Made by a program: the position numbers and the translations under genes
Shown here: in pieces, positions 25,967 through 35,960 of the stretch
Position numbering within the stretch: the first letter of the stretch is position 1
Layout: every line of letters starts with the position of its first letter
Source of the DNA: Blastocatellia bacterium
GTDB lineage: Bacteria; Acidobacteriota; Blastocatellia; RBC074
Reading direction: 5' to 3'
Length of the DNA stretch: 64,000 nt
NCBI GenBank assembly: GCA_046154695.1
Contig: JBJXFI010000413.1
Coordinates: forward strand, 9,823 to 73,822
Notes under the pieces: model-generated
The model's input: only the letters and a program-made list of their open reading frames with translations
Databases searched by the model: none
Told to the model about the DNA's origin: nothing

Positions 25967-27202
25967 ATGCTGAATGCGGAAATCATCGCGATCGGTTCGG
26001 AGATGCTGACGCCGTTTCGCGTGGACACCAATTCGCTGTGGCTGACGGAGCGGCTCAACTCGATGGGCATCGAGGTGAAGCTCAAAACGGTGGTGGGGGA
26101 TGACGAGGCGCGGCTCGAAGAGATGGTTGGGGATGCCATGCGCCGGTCCGAGATCGTCATCTCGACGGGCGGGCTGGGGCCGACCGAGGACGACATCACG
26201 CGGAAGATCTTCGCGCGGGCGCTCAAGCGGCGGTTGATTCTGCGGGAGGAGATTCTGGAGAGCCTACGGGCGCGGTTCGCCCGGCGGGGCATGCCGATGC
26301 CGGAGATCAACGCGCGGCAGGCGCTGGTGATCGAGGGCGCCGAGGTTCTGGCGAACAACAACGGCTCCGCGCCGGGGATGATGCTGACCGATGGCGAATG
26401 CACGGTGGTGATGCTGCCCGGGCCCCCGCGCGAGTTGAAGCCGATGTTCAACGATTCGGTGGCGCCGGCGCTGAAGGGACGGGCCGGAGATCTTTACATC
26501 GTGCGGCGGAAACTGAGCATCTATGGGTTGACCGAATCGCGCACCGATGAGCTGGCCGCGCCCGTTTACACCAAGTACCAGAATCCGTCGACGACGATCC
26601 TCTTCAAGGACGGGCAGATCGAGCTGCATTTGACGGCGCAGGCGCACAGCCAGGCCGAGGCCGCGCGGCTGAACGATGAACTCGCCGGGAAGCTCGAAGA
26701 GGCGCTCGGCGAGTACGTCTTCTCGCGGAGCGATCAGACGCTCGAAGAGGTGGTCGGGGAGCTGCTGCAGTGGCGCGGATACACGGTTTCGACGGCGGAG
26801 AGCTGCACGGGAGGCCTGGTCGCCGGGCGGATCACGGAGGTTCCCGGAAGCTCCGCTTATTTTCCGGAAGGCGTGGTGACCTATTCGAATGAGGCGAAGA
26901 CCGCGCTGCTGGGCGTCCCGAAAGAGATGATCGAGGAGCATGGGGCGGTCAGCGAGCCGGTCGCCAGGGCCATGGCCGAGGGGATACGCCGCCGCGCGGG
27001 AACGACTTTCGGCCTCAGCGTGACGGGAATCGCGGGGCCGGGCGGGGGCACCGAGGAGAAGCCGGTCGGGCTGGTCTATCTTGCGCTCGCGGACGACACC
27101 GAGACCGCCGCGCGGCGGCTCGTCTTTCCGGGCGACCGGCAGTTTATACGCATGCTCACGGTTAACGCGGCGCTGGATCTGCTCCGTCGCCGGATCAAAT
27201 AA
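25967..27202 (+). CDS. cinA: competence/damage-inducible protein CinA (MoCF-binding N-domain + CinA C-domain)
   Basis: IIAIGSEML...ISTGGLGPTEDDITR; C-terminal TAESCTGGLVAGRITEVPGSS. Confidence 0.85.
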   Translation: MLNAEIIAIGSEMLTPFRVDTNSLWLTERLNSMGIEVKLKTVVGDDEARLEEMVGDAMRRSEIVISTGGLGPTEDDITRKIFARALKRRLILREEILESLRARFARRGMPMPEINARQALVIEGAEVLANNNGSAPGMMLTDGECTVVMLPGPPRELKPMFNDSVAPALKGRAGDLYIVRRKLSIYGLTESRTDELAAPVYTKYQNPSTTILFKDGQIELHLTAQAHSQAEAARLNDELAGKLEEALGEYVFSRSDQTLEEVVGELLQWRGYTVSTAESCTGGLVAGRITEVPGSSAYFPEGVVTYSNEAKTALLGVPKEMIEEHGAVSEPVARAMAEGIRRRAGTTFGLSVTGIAGPGGGTEEKPVGLVYLALADDTETAARRLVFPGDRQFIRMLTVNAALDLLRRRIK

Positions 27203-27215
27203 CACGAGACACGCC

Positions 27216-27839
27216 ATGAACGCCCTTGCCCTGATCGCCGCCTATCTGCTCGGCTCGATTCCCTTCGGATTTCTGATCGTCCGGCTCAAGAGCGGCGCGG
27301 ATGTGCGGGAAACCGGCAGCGGCGGAACCGGCGCGACCAACGTCACGCGGAAGGCGGGCAGAGCGGCGGGAATCGTCACGCTGCTGCTCGACGCGGGGAA
27401 GGGATTCGCCGCCGTCTGGGTCGCGCGCCGGCTGACGGGAGAGGCGGGAACCTCGTGGGTTGTCGCCGGAGCGGCGGCGCTTGCAGTCGCGGGCCATTGT
27501 TTTCCCGTATGGCTGAAGTTCAAGGCCGGGAAGGGCGTGGCGACGGGGCTGGGCGTCTTTCTGGCGATCGTGCCCTGGGCGGTGCTGGCGGCCTTCGCGG
27601 TCTTCGCCGTCCTTTTCTGGCGCACCCGCTTCGTCTCGCTGGGATCGATCGCCGCCGCGGCCTTCATTCCGGCCTGGACCTGGGGGATGCACACATGGGG
27701 GGAGGCGCTTCCCGATTTCGCCCCGATCATGGCCGCATTGTGCGCCTCGTCGGCGGTGATCATCGCCAAGCACGCGGAGAACATCAAACGGCTGCTCGCC
27801 GGGACTGAGAACCGGTTCGGCGCCTCAGCCATGCAATGA
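27216..27839 (+). CDS. plsY: glycerol-3-phosphate acyltransferase PlsY
   Basis: YLLGSIPFGFL...SGGTGATNVTR...LLDAGKG signature; start at ATG 27216 inside track ORF. Confidence 0.88.
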   Translation: MNALALIAAYLLGSIPFGFLIVRLKSGADVRETGSGGTGATNVTRKAGRAAGIVTLLLDAGKGFAAVWVARRLTGEAGTSWVVAGAAALAVAGHCFPVWLKFKAGKGVATGLGVFLAIVPWAVLAAFAVFAVLFWRTRFVSLGSIAAAAFIPAWTWGMHTWGEALPDFAPIMAALCASSAVIIAKHAENIKRLLAGTENRFGASAMQ

Positions 27840-27848
27840 AGCCAGGCA

Positions 27849-28853
27849 ATGAAGAAGATCGCAATCATCGGAGCGGGCAGTTACGGCACGGCGCTGGCGC
27901 TCGTGGCGACGCGCGCCGGAAACGACATTCGATTGTGGGCGCACAGCGCGGAGGTCGCCGACGCGCTGCGCGGCCGGCGTGAAAACACCGTCTATCTGCC
28001 GGGATTTTCGCTGCCGTCGTCGATCGCCCCGACGAACGATCTGGCCGAGGCGCTCGACGAGGCCGAGATCGCGCTCATCGTCGTGCCGTCGCACGTTTGC
28101 CGCGATGTCTTCACGCGGATGCTGCCCGCGGTGCGACCGCGAATGATCTTCGTCAGCGCGGCCAAGGGGATCGAGATCGAGAGCGGAATGCGCATGGAAG
28201 AGGTCGCGCGCGATGTGCTCCACGATCATTTCGAGCCCCGCTACGTCGCGCTGTCCGGCCCCAGCTTCGCCGCGGAGGTCGCCGCCGATCAGCCGACGGC
28301 GATCGTCGCCGCCTCCCATTCCCAGGACTGGGCCGCCGACGTTCAGCAGGCCCTCTCGACCAGCCGGTTTCGCGTCTATACGAACAATGATGTGGTCGGC
28401 GTCGAGATCGGCGGCGCGGTGAAAAACGTGATGGCGATCGCGACGGGGGCGGTCGCCGGGCTCGGATTGGGCTACAATAGCGCGGCCGCGCTCGTCACCC
28501 GGGGATTGGCGGAGATCACGCGGCTCGCGGTGCGCCTGGGCGGCCGCCCGGAAACTCTCGCCGGACTCGCCGGCATGGGAGACCTCGTCCTGACGTGCTT
28601 CGGAAATCTCTCCCGCAACCGGCGCGTCGGATACGAACTCGGACGCGGACGAAACCTGCAGGAGATCATCAGCGAGATGCGCGAGGTGGCCGAAGGCGTC
28701 AAGACCGCCCGGGCCGCCTGTGAACTCGCCCGCGGACTCGGCGTCGAAATGCCCATCACCACCGGCGTCTATCGGATGCTCTATGAGGGAAAAAGCCCCC
28801 ACGATCTCATGGTCGAATTGATGGAACGGCCGCTCAAGTCGGAGAGGATGTAG
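27849..28853 (+). CDS. gpsA: NAD(P)H-dependent glycerol-3-phosphate dehydrogenase
   Basis: KIAIIGAGSYGTALA Rossmann motif, GxGDL, linked plsY-gpsA. Confidence 0.9.
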   Translation: MKKIAIIGAGSYGTALALVATRAGNDIRLWAHSAEVADALRGRRENTVYLPGFSLPSSIAPTNDLAEALDEAEIALIVVPSHVCRDVFTRMLPAVRPRMIFVSAAKGIEIESGMRMEEVARDVLHDHFEPRYVALSGPSFAAEVAADQPTAIVAASHSQDWAADVQQALSTSRFRVYTNNDVVGVEIGGAVKNVMAIATGAVAGLGLGYNSAAALVTRGLAEITRLAVRLGGRPETLAGLAGMGDLVLTCFGNLSRNRRVGYELGRGRNLQEIISEMREVAEGVKTARAACELARGLGVEMPITTGVYRMLYEGKSPHDLMVELMERPLKSERM

Positions 28854-28861
28854 CGTTTTCA

Positions 28862-29344
28862 ATGGCTGAAAAGACACAGGAACTGAAGATCATTACGACG
28901 AATCGCGACGCCTACCACAATTACCATATCCTTGAAACCCACGAGTCGGGCATTCAGTTGACGGGAACCGAAGTCAAATCGGCGCGCGCCGGGCGCGTCA
29001 ATCTGAAAGAGGCCTACGCCAGGATCGAGGGGGGAGAGGCCTGGCTGCTCAACGCGCACATCAGCCACTATTCGCACGGCAATCGCCAGAATCACGATCC
29101 CGTCCGCGAGCGCCGGCTGCTGCTGCATAAACGCGAGATCTTCCGGCTGCAATCCAAGATTCAGGAGAAGGGGCTGACTCTCATTCCGACCAAGCTCTAT
29201 TTCAAGGGCAATTTGATCAAGTGTGAGCTGGCGATCGCCAAGGGCAAGAAGTTATACGATAAACGGGAGTCCGAAACGCGCAAGACGCAGGAACGCGAAG
29301 CCCGCGCGGCGCTCAAGAGCAGATCCCGGGGAGAGGAGAGCTGA
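28862..29344 (+). CDS. smpB: SsrA-binding protein
   Basis: NRDAYHNYHILE...LTGTEVKS...LLLHKREI. Confidence 0.92.
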   Translation: MAEKTQELKIITTNRDAYHNYHILETHESGIQLTGTEVKSARAGRVNLKEAYARIEGGEAWLLNAHISHYSHGNRQNHDPVRERRLLLHKREIFRLQSKIQEKGLTLIPTKLYFKGNLIKCELAIAKGKKLYDKRESETRKTQEREARAALKSRSRGEES

Positions 29345-29520
29345 TCGTTGAGAGCTGATCGTTGAGAGTTGATAATTGAGAGTTGATAATTGATAGCGAC
29401 AGAATCGCCGTGGCCATTGCGAAACCTCTCACTAACGCTCAACATCGAAAAGAACCCGGGACGCGAAATCAGAAATTCCGACCACTATCAACAATCAACA
29501 ATCAACTATCAATTTAATCA
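29330..29520. repeat. tandem 14-bp repeats (GAGAGCTGATCGTT x2, GAGAGTTGATAATT x2) overlapping smpB stop, plus opposing CAATCAA x3 array forming an imperfect long hairpin
   Basis: direct reading of 29330-29400 and 29488-29520. Confidence 0.7.
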
Positions 29521-29531
29521 GGGGTTTTGAG

Positions 29532-31007
29532 ATGGACGTGAGAGCGATTGCAGGAAGGTTCGATGAGATCGAGGGAGACGCGCTGGTCGTCATGGTTTTT
29601 GAGGGAGAGGCGCCGGACGCGGGCGTCATCGGGGAGCTGAATCGGCAGACGCAGGGTGTGATTGCGTCGTTGATCGAAGCGGGCGAATTCACCGGCAAGT
29701 CGGGAGAGAGCGCCTATATCCACCATCCGGCCGGGCTGCGGGCGCGGCGGTTGCTGTTGTTGGGGGCGGGCAAGGAGGCGGAGTTTACATCCGAGACCCT
29801 GCGCCGGCTGGCGGGAACGGCGACGCGGACGCTGCGCGGGAAGAAGGCGCGCATCTTCGCGCTGCTCTGCCGCTGGTCGCTGCCCGCCGCCGAGAGCGCG
29901 CAGGCGGCGACGGAGGGCGCCGTGCTGGCGCTGTTCGATCCAGACAAGTATCACACGAGCGATAAGACCGAGAGCCATCTGGAGACGATGGCGCTCGTCG
30001 TGGCCGAAGACGGACTGGAAGAGACGCGGCGCGGCAGCGAGCGGGGCCGGATCATCGCCGAGGCGGCCAACTTCGCTCGTGAGGTGATCAATGAGCCGAG
30101 CAATTTGATGACGCCGACCGAACTGGCGCGCAGGGCCGAAGAGACCGCGAAGACCTATGGGCTCGAACTCGATGTCATCGAAGAGGCGCAGATGAAGGAA
30201 CTCGGCATGGGGTCGCTGCTCGGCGTCGCGCAGGGAAGCGCGGAGCCCGCCAAGCTGATCGTCATGCGCTACACGCCGAAGGCCGAATCGAGCGAGACCG
30301 TCGCCATCATCGGCAAGGGCGTGACGTTCGACACGGGCGGCATCTCGATCAAGCCCGCGGATGGGATGGAGAAGATGAAATACGACATGGCCGGCGGGGC
30401 GACAACCATCGCGGCCATGCGCGCGATCGCCCAGCTCAGGCCCGCGGTCCATGTGCTGGGAATCGTTCCGGCGGTCGAGAACATGCCCGGCGGGCGGGCG
30501 CAGCGCCCGGGAGACGTCGTGCGCTCGATGTCGGGCAAGACGATCGAGGTCATCAACACCGATGCGGAGGGGCGCCTGATCCTGTGCGACGCGATCAGCC
30601 ATGCCCGCAATCTCGGCGCCACCCGGATCGTCGATCTCGCCACGCTGACCGGGGCGGTTTCGATCGCGCTCGGCGATGTCCATGTCGCCATCCTCGGCAA
30701 CAATCAGCCGTGGATCGATGATGTCATCGCCGCCGGCAAGCGCGCCGGCGAGAAGCTTTGGCAGCTTCCCCTGACGCCCGAATACCGCGAGCAGATCAAA
30801 AGCGAGATCGCCGATATCAAGAATGTCGGGGGGCGAAAGGCCGGCACCATCACGGCGGCGTATTTCCTCCGCGAGTTCGTCGATGACGTCCCATGGGCGC
30901 ATCTCGACATCGCCGGAACGGCGTGGAACGAGAACGGCAAGCCGCATTTCGCCGTCGGCCCCACGGGCGTCTGCGTGCGGACGCTGGTCGCGCTGGTTTG
31001 CGGGTAG
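29532..31007 (+). CDS. pepA: leucyl aminopeptidase (M17)
   Basis: NTDAEGRLILCDAISHA M17 signature; VTFDTGGISIKP. Confidence 0.92.
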   Translation: MDVRAIAGRFDEIEGDALVVMVFEGEAPDAGVIGELNRQTQGVIASLIEAGEFTGKSGESAYIHHPAGLRARRLLLLGAGKEAEFTSETLRRLAGTATRTLRGKKARIFALLCRWSLPAAESAQAATEGAVLALFDPDKYHTSDKTESHLETMALVVAEDGLEETRRGSERGRIIAEAANFAREVINEPSNLMTPTELARRAEETAKTYGLELDVIEEAQMKELGMGSLLGVAQGSAEPAKLIVMRYTPKAESSETVAIIGKGVTFDTGGISIKPADGMEKMKYDMAGGATTIAAMRAIAQLRPAVHVLGIVPAVENMPGGRAQRPGDVVRSMSGKTIEVINTDAEGRLILCDAISHARNLGATRIVDLATLTGAVSIALGDVHVAILGNNQPWIDDVIAAGKRAGEKLWQLPLTPEYREQIKSEIADIKNVGGRKAGTITAAYFLREFVDDVPWAHLDIAGTAWNENGKPHFAVGPTGVCVRTLVALVCG

Positions 31008-31022
31008 TGTCGTAATTCCTTA

Positions 31023-31105
31023 AAAATCGTCCGCGAAGTTAAACGAAGAAACACGAAGGTTGAACCATTCCTTCGTGTTTCTTCGTTTAACTTCGTGGAC
31101 GATTT

Positions 31106-31106
<1 letters not shown>
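31023..31106. terminator. about 36-bp-stem hairpin (tandem ACGAAG units) between convergent pepA and Wzy-like gene
   Basis: AAAATCGTCCGCGAAGTTAAACGAAGAAACACGAAGG / CCTTCGTGTTTCTTCGTTTAACTTCGTGGACGATTTT, 1 G-U. Confidence 0.65.
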
Positions 31107-32359
<1,253 letters not shown>

Positions 32360-32418
32360 CAGCAGGATCAGAAGGGCGGCGTAAATAATCTTTTCGAGAA
32401 TAGGGGCTCCTCAGAAAC

Positions 32419-32484
32419 TGTTTGGAGTTCCGCCTTCAGGCGGTCGGTCTCGCGCCAACCGCCTGAAGGCGGAACTCCGAACGG
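32419..32484. repeat. REP-like R-family copy R3
   Basis: TGTTTGGAGTTCCGCCTTCAGGCGG ... CCGCCTGAAGGCGGAACTCCGAACGG; minus-strand GAGGAGC SD-like sequence adjacent. Confidence 0.85.
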
Positions 32485-32521
32485 TCTTCATCATTTTTCC
32501 GGGCGCCGCAGGCCGCCCTCG

Positions 32522-32905
32522 TTATTGGGTCTTCCAGAGACTCTCGTATTCCGCGCGATACGCGCGATACCATCGCTCCAGCGCCGCCACCTGTCGGCGT
32601 TCCCGGCGCATCAGATATACGCCGTGCAGCCGGACCAGAAGAATGATCGGACAGACCGTAACGAGAATGGCTCCGACGAAGGGGGCCTGCCCCGCCAGCA
32701 GCATATATCCGAGCAGCGCGCCGAAGACCGGGAGCAGGATCGTTAAATCATGCAGAAAGCTGATCCAGATCGATCTCTTCCTCGGTTCGGCTTTGGGAAC
32801 CGGAAGAATCAGCAGCGCGGACAGCGGCGGCGCGGAAACCAATTGACGATCATTCAGATGAACGGGCCGATTAACGGGCTGATGAACGGACGCTTCAGGG
32901 GTCAT
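32522..32905 (-). CDS. small membrane protein, hypothetical
   Basis: ATG start, two predicted TM helices, 127 aa. Confidence 0.5.
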   Translation of the reverse strand: MTPEASVHQPVNRPVHLNDRQLVSAPPLSALLILPVPKAEPRKRSIWISFLHDLTILLPVFGALLGYMLLAGQAPFVGAILVTVCPIILLVRLHGVYLMRRERRQVAALERWYRAYRAEYESLWKTQ

Positions 32906-33205
32906 AACGAATCCTCATTGCATCGACAATTCTCGGCGCTCCTCTCCCTCTCCCGCAGGCCGATGGAGGGGCTCGCCGGTACGGCTCTCATGGTAATTCA
33001 ACAATTGAGGAATCCAAGTTCACCACGGTGTTCTGGAATGATCATGACAATTTTCAGGGCAACAAGTCTTGACCAAGCAGATGAACTTTGAAGGTCTCTT
33101 CCCGCAACGATGCCGGAAATTTTACATCCTTCGCGTCGTCATGGGAATGGCATTAATGAAAGATGAGGGGAAGGCGGCTGTCGGGGCACGCGTCGGCCGG
33201 ATGTG

Positions 33206-34579
33206 TCAGCGGCCTCCTGACGGGTCCAATTCCGTAAGTTTGAAGTCGTCGAACCATAGACGGCCATTGATGGTGCAAGGCGGGACGGGGCAGGGAAGGC
33301 GGACGATGCGAACCTTGAGGGCTTCGGTTGCGGCCTGCGTCGTCAGATCGAGCCGATACTCATGCCATACATTGTTATAGTTCGGCAGTTGAGGCGTGGC
33401 GGCGCGCGGCCGTCCGGCGACGCCCACATCGAGCGCCGGGTCATAGAGCTCCACGAAGGGCGTGCTGAGCGCCTCCATGTCCTCGGTGCGAACCCAGAAG
33501 CTCAATCGATAGGAGGTCGAGGGCCTGACCGGAACGAGCTGCGTCGCGATGGTGAATGCCATGTTCTCCCCAAGGTTGAAACCGGCCCGCAGGGCCTGTT
33601 TTCCGCCATGCGGGTCCTTTCGATCGAGCGAGAGTTTGAAAAGGCCGCCGGGAGTCAGCCGCCATGTGTAAAAAGGCGTGGTGGCGTTGAGAGAGATCTG
33701 GCGTTCGAAATCGCCGTTTGAGAGCAGCGAGCCCGCATCGGGCGCCGGCCGGTCGGGCGGATTGGCGCCGCTCCATATCCGCCAGGCGGCGCTGAAGCGG
33801 CCGGCGTTGACCAGGGCCTCCGAGACGCGCTGAATATCGTCCGGAGTCGGGGCGGCCATGCCGCGCCACAGCTCCATGGCGTCCTCCACGCGTCCGCGCT
33901 CGATCATCAGGACGATCATTCGGGGTTTGAGCTCGTTCGCCGGATCGAGGGCCGCGATGATGGCCTTTCCGTTGCCGTTGAAGGCGTTCCAGGCATAATC
34001 GAAGACCAGCGGCAGCGCCGAGGGGCGATAGCCAAGGGCGAGCCGCATCTGCGCGAACGAGGCCGCGCGATCATCGGCGCGCAGCAGGTGATTACCGAAC
34101 GCCCATCTCGGATCGAAGTGGCGCGGGGCGAGCTCGACCGCGCGCTCAAAGGCCTTGCGCGCGCCCGTCATATCGCCGTTGTTCTCCTCCGCGCGCCCGA
34201 GAGCCATCCAGCCGCGGTAATCGTCCGGGCTCATCCGCACGGCCCGCCGGAACTCCTCCAGCGCCGCGGCCAATCGCGCCTCCGCCTGTTCTTCAGCGGC
34301 GGCGCTCATGTAAACGCCGCCTCGCCGCCAATGGATCAGGGGATCGCCGGGGGAGTACCGGGCCGCCATGTCGGCGCCCTCGATGCGGTCCTCTGCCGAC
34401 AGGTTCGGCGCCCGCTGCACGAACGTCATCACGCTCTCGCCGATCGCGGTGCGAACGACCGACCATCCCAGCATGCCGAGCCCCCCGGCAAGCAGCAACA
34501 GAAGCAGAAGCCGTATCGGAATGGGACCAAGTGGAATCGAGATCATAAGTTTGGAGAGACTACTCAATTCGCCTGGCAT
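33206..34579 (-). CDS. membrane-anchored TPR-repeat protein with C-terminal beta-rich (carbohydrate-binding-like) domain
   Basis: N-terminal TM LLLLLLLAGGLGMLGW, TPR helices, C-terminal beta domain; track start 34624 is TTG, first ATG 34579. Confidence 0.6.
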   Translation of the reverse strand: MPGELSSLSKLMISIPLGPIPIRLLLLLLLAGGLGMLGWSVVRTAIGESVMTFVQRAPNLSAEDRIEGADMAARYSPGDPLIHWRRGGVYMSAAAEEQAEARLAAALEEFRRAVRMSPDDYRGWMALGRAEENNGDMTGARKAFERAVELAPRHFDPRWAFGNHLLRADDRAASFAQMRLALGYRPSALPLVFDYAWNAFNGNGKAIIAALDPANELKPRMIVLMIERGRVEDAMELWRGMAAPTPDDIQRVSEALVNAGRFSAAWRIWSGANPPDRPAPDAGSLLSNGDFERQISLNATTPFYTWRLTPGGLFKLSLDRKDPHGGKQALRAGFNLGENMAFTIATQLVPVRPSTSYRLSFWVRTEDMEALSTPFVELYDPALDVGVAGRPRAATPQLPNYNNVWHEYRLDLTTQAATEALKVRIVRLPCPVPPCTINGRLWFDDFKLTELDPSGGR

Positions 34580-34877
34580 CGGCAAGCGGGGAAGCGCCGA
34601 GCCGGCGCTCGGCGGTCCCGGCAAGGCTGCGCCAATTGACGGTTTTGCGGCCTTCGGCGATACTTATCAACTGTCCGAAGGACATTGGCAGCGCCGGTTG
34701 CCGCCGATGACGGCGAGCGGCGAGGGGGGGCGAAGAATCCACGTCGGGAGCCCGCTCCAGGACGGAATTTGACCCAGGCCTGATCGAACGTCATCATTGC
34801 TTTTTAATCCCCCCCCTACAGATCGTCACGAATCAGGCTCATGAGAAGAGAAGTCGTATAAAGAAGAAGGAGCTTCT

Positions 34878-35897
34878 ATGCTGCGGAGATTCGGATTCTT
34901 TTCAATCCCGGGATTGGGACTGGCTCTATTGTTTGCGTCTTCGATCGCGGTGTTCGCGCAGGAGCCCGCCGCCGCGCCCCCGATGCGCGTTCCGGGGGGG
35001 ACGAATGACCGGAGCTATCGACTCGGTCCGGGCGATGTCATCGACGTTCGCGTCTTTGGCCGGCCCGAGATGACCAGCCAGGCGCGCATAGACAGTTTCG
35101 GGCGCGTCCGCCTGCCCTTCACCGACGAAATGCAGGCCGCGTGCCTGACCGAGGCCCAACTCGCCGATATCATCACGGAAAAATACAAGAAGTATCTGCG
35201 AACTCCCCAGGTCGATGTGATGATCAAGGAGTATCGCAGCCAGCCGGTCGCCGTTATCGGCGCGGTCACGCAGCCCGGGCGGTTTCAATTGCAGCGGCGC
35301 GTTCGCCTGCTGGAGCTGCTAACGCAGGCGGGCGGGCCGACGATTCACGCGGGCGCCACCGTCAACATTATTCACAGCACGGATCACGACTATTGCCCCA
35401 CGGACGAGGAAGCGAAGGCCGCCGCCGCGCCGCCGCCGCTCCAGGATGGCGATTCGCCGATCCCGCTCCTGTCGATGATCAAGCTCAAGCAGGTGCTGAC
35501 CGGAGAGGCCAGCGCCAATCCCTACGTCAAACCCGGCGACATCATCAGCATTCCCGAGGCCGATCAGTTCTTCGTCACCGGATCGGTCGTCAAACCGGGC
35601 GCGTATCCGATGGTCGCGAAGATCACGCTGACCCAGGCCGTCGCGCTCGCCGGGGGAATCAATGGCGAGGGAGCGCGGAACCGCGTTCGCCTCGTGCGGC
35701 AGGAACCCGGCAAAGAGACCAAGACGGAGACGATCTACAACCTCGACGAAATTCACCGGCGCAAGATCCAGGACATCGTCCTGCAGGTCAACGATATCGT
35801 CGAGGTGCCCGGATCGACGATCCGCGTCGCGGCGCGGAACCTGCTGGGCGTGAGCATCAACATGCTCAGCGCCCTGCCGTTTTTCATTATTCCCTAG
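34878..35897 (+). CDS. wza: polysaccharide export outer-membrane protein (Wza/OPX family; Poly_export + SLBB)
   Basis: signal peptide, PGDVIDVRVFG Poly_export motif, SLBB repeats; aaggag RBS. Confidence 0.85.
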   Translation: MLRRFGFFSIPGLGLALLFASSIAVFAQEPAAAPPMRVPGGTNDRSYRLGPGDVIDVRVFGRPEMTSQARIDSFGRVRLPFTDEMQAACLTEAQLADIITEKYKKYLRTPQVDVMIKEYRSQPVAVIGAVTQPGRFQLQRRVRLLELLTQAGGPTIHAGATVNIIHSTDHDYCPTDEEAKAAAAPPPLQDGDSPIPLLSMIKLKQVLTGEASANPYVKPGDIISIPEADQFFVTGSVVKPGAYPMVAKITLTQAVALAGGINGEGARNRVRLVRQEPGKETKTETIYNLDEIHRRKIQDIVLQVNDIVEVPGSTIRVAARNLLGVSINMLSALPFFIIP

Positions 35898-35960
35898 ATC
35901 TGTTCTCAATCACCCGGCAACCGATCGACACTGGTCCCGGAACACAAAGCGTACCCGAAG

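Noticed and set aside
34700-34720. TTGGCAGCGCCGGTTGCC upstream of wza as a sigma-54 promoter
   Set aside because: GG to GC spacing is 11 rather than 10. Not supported.
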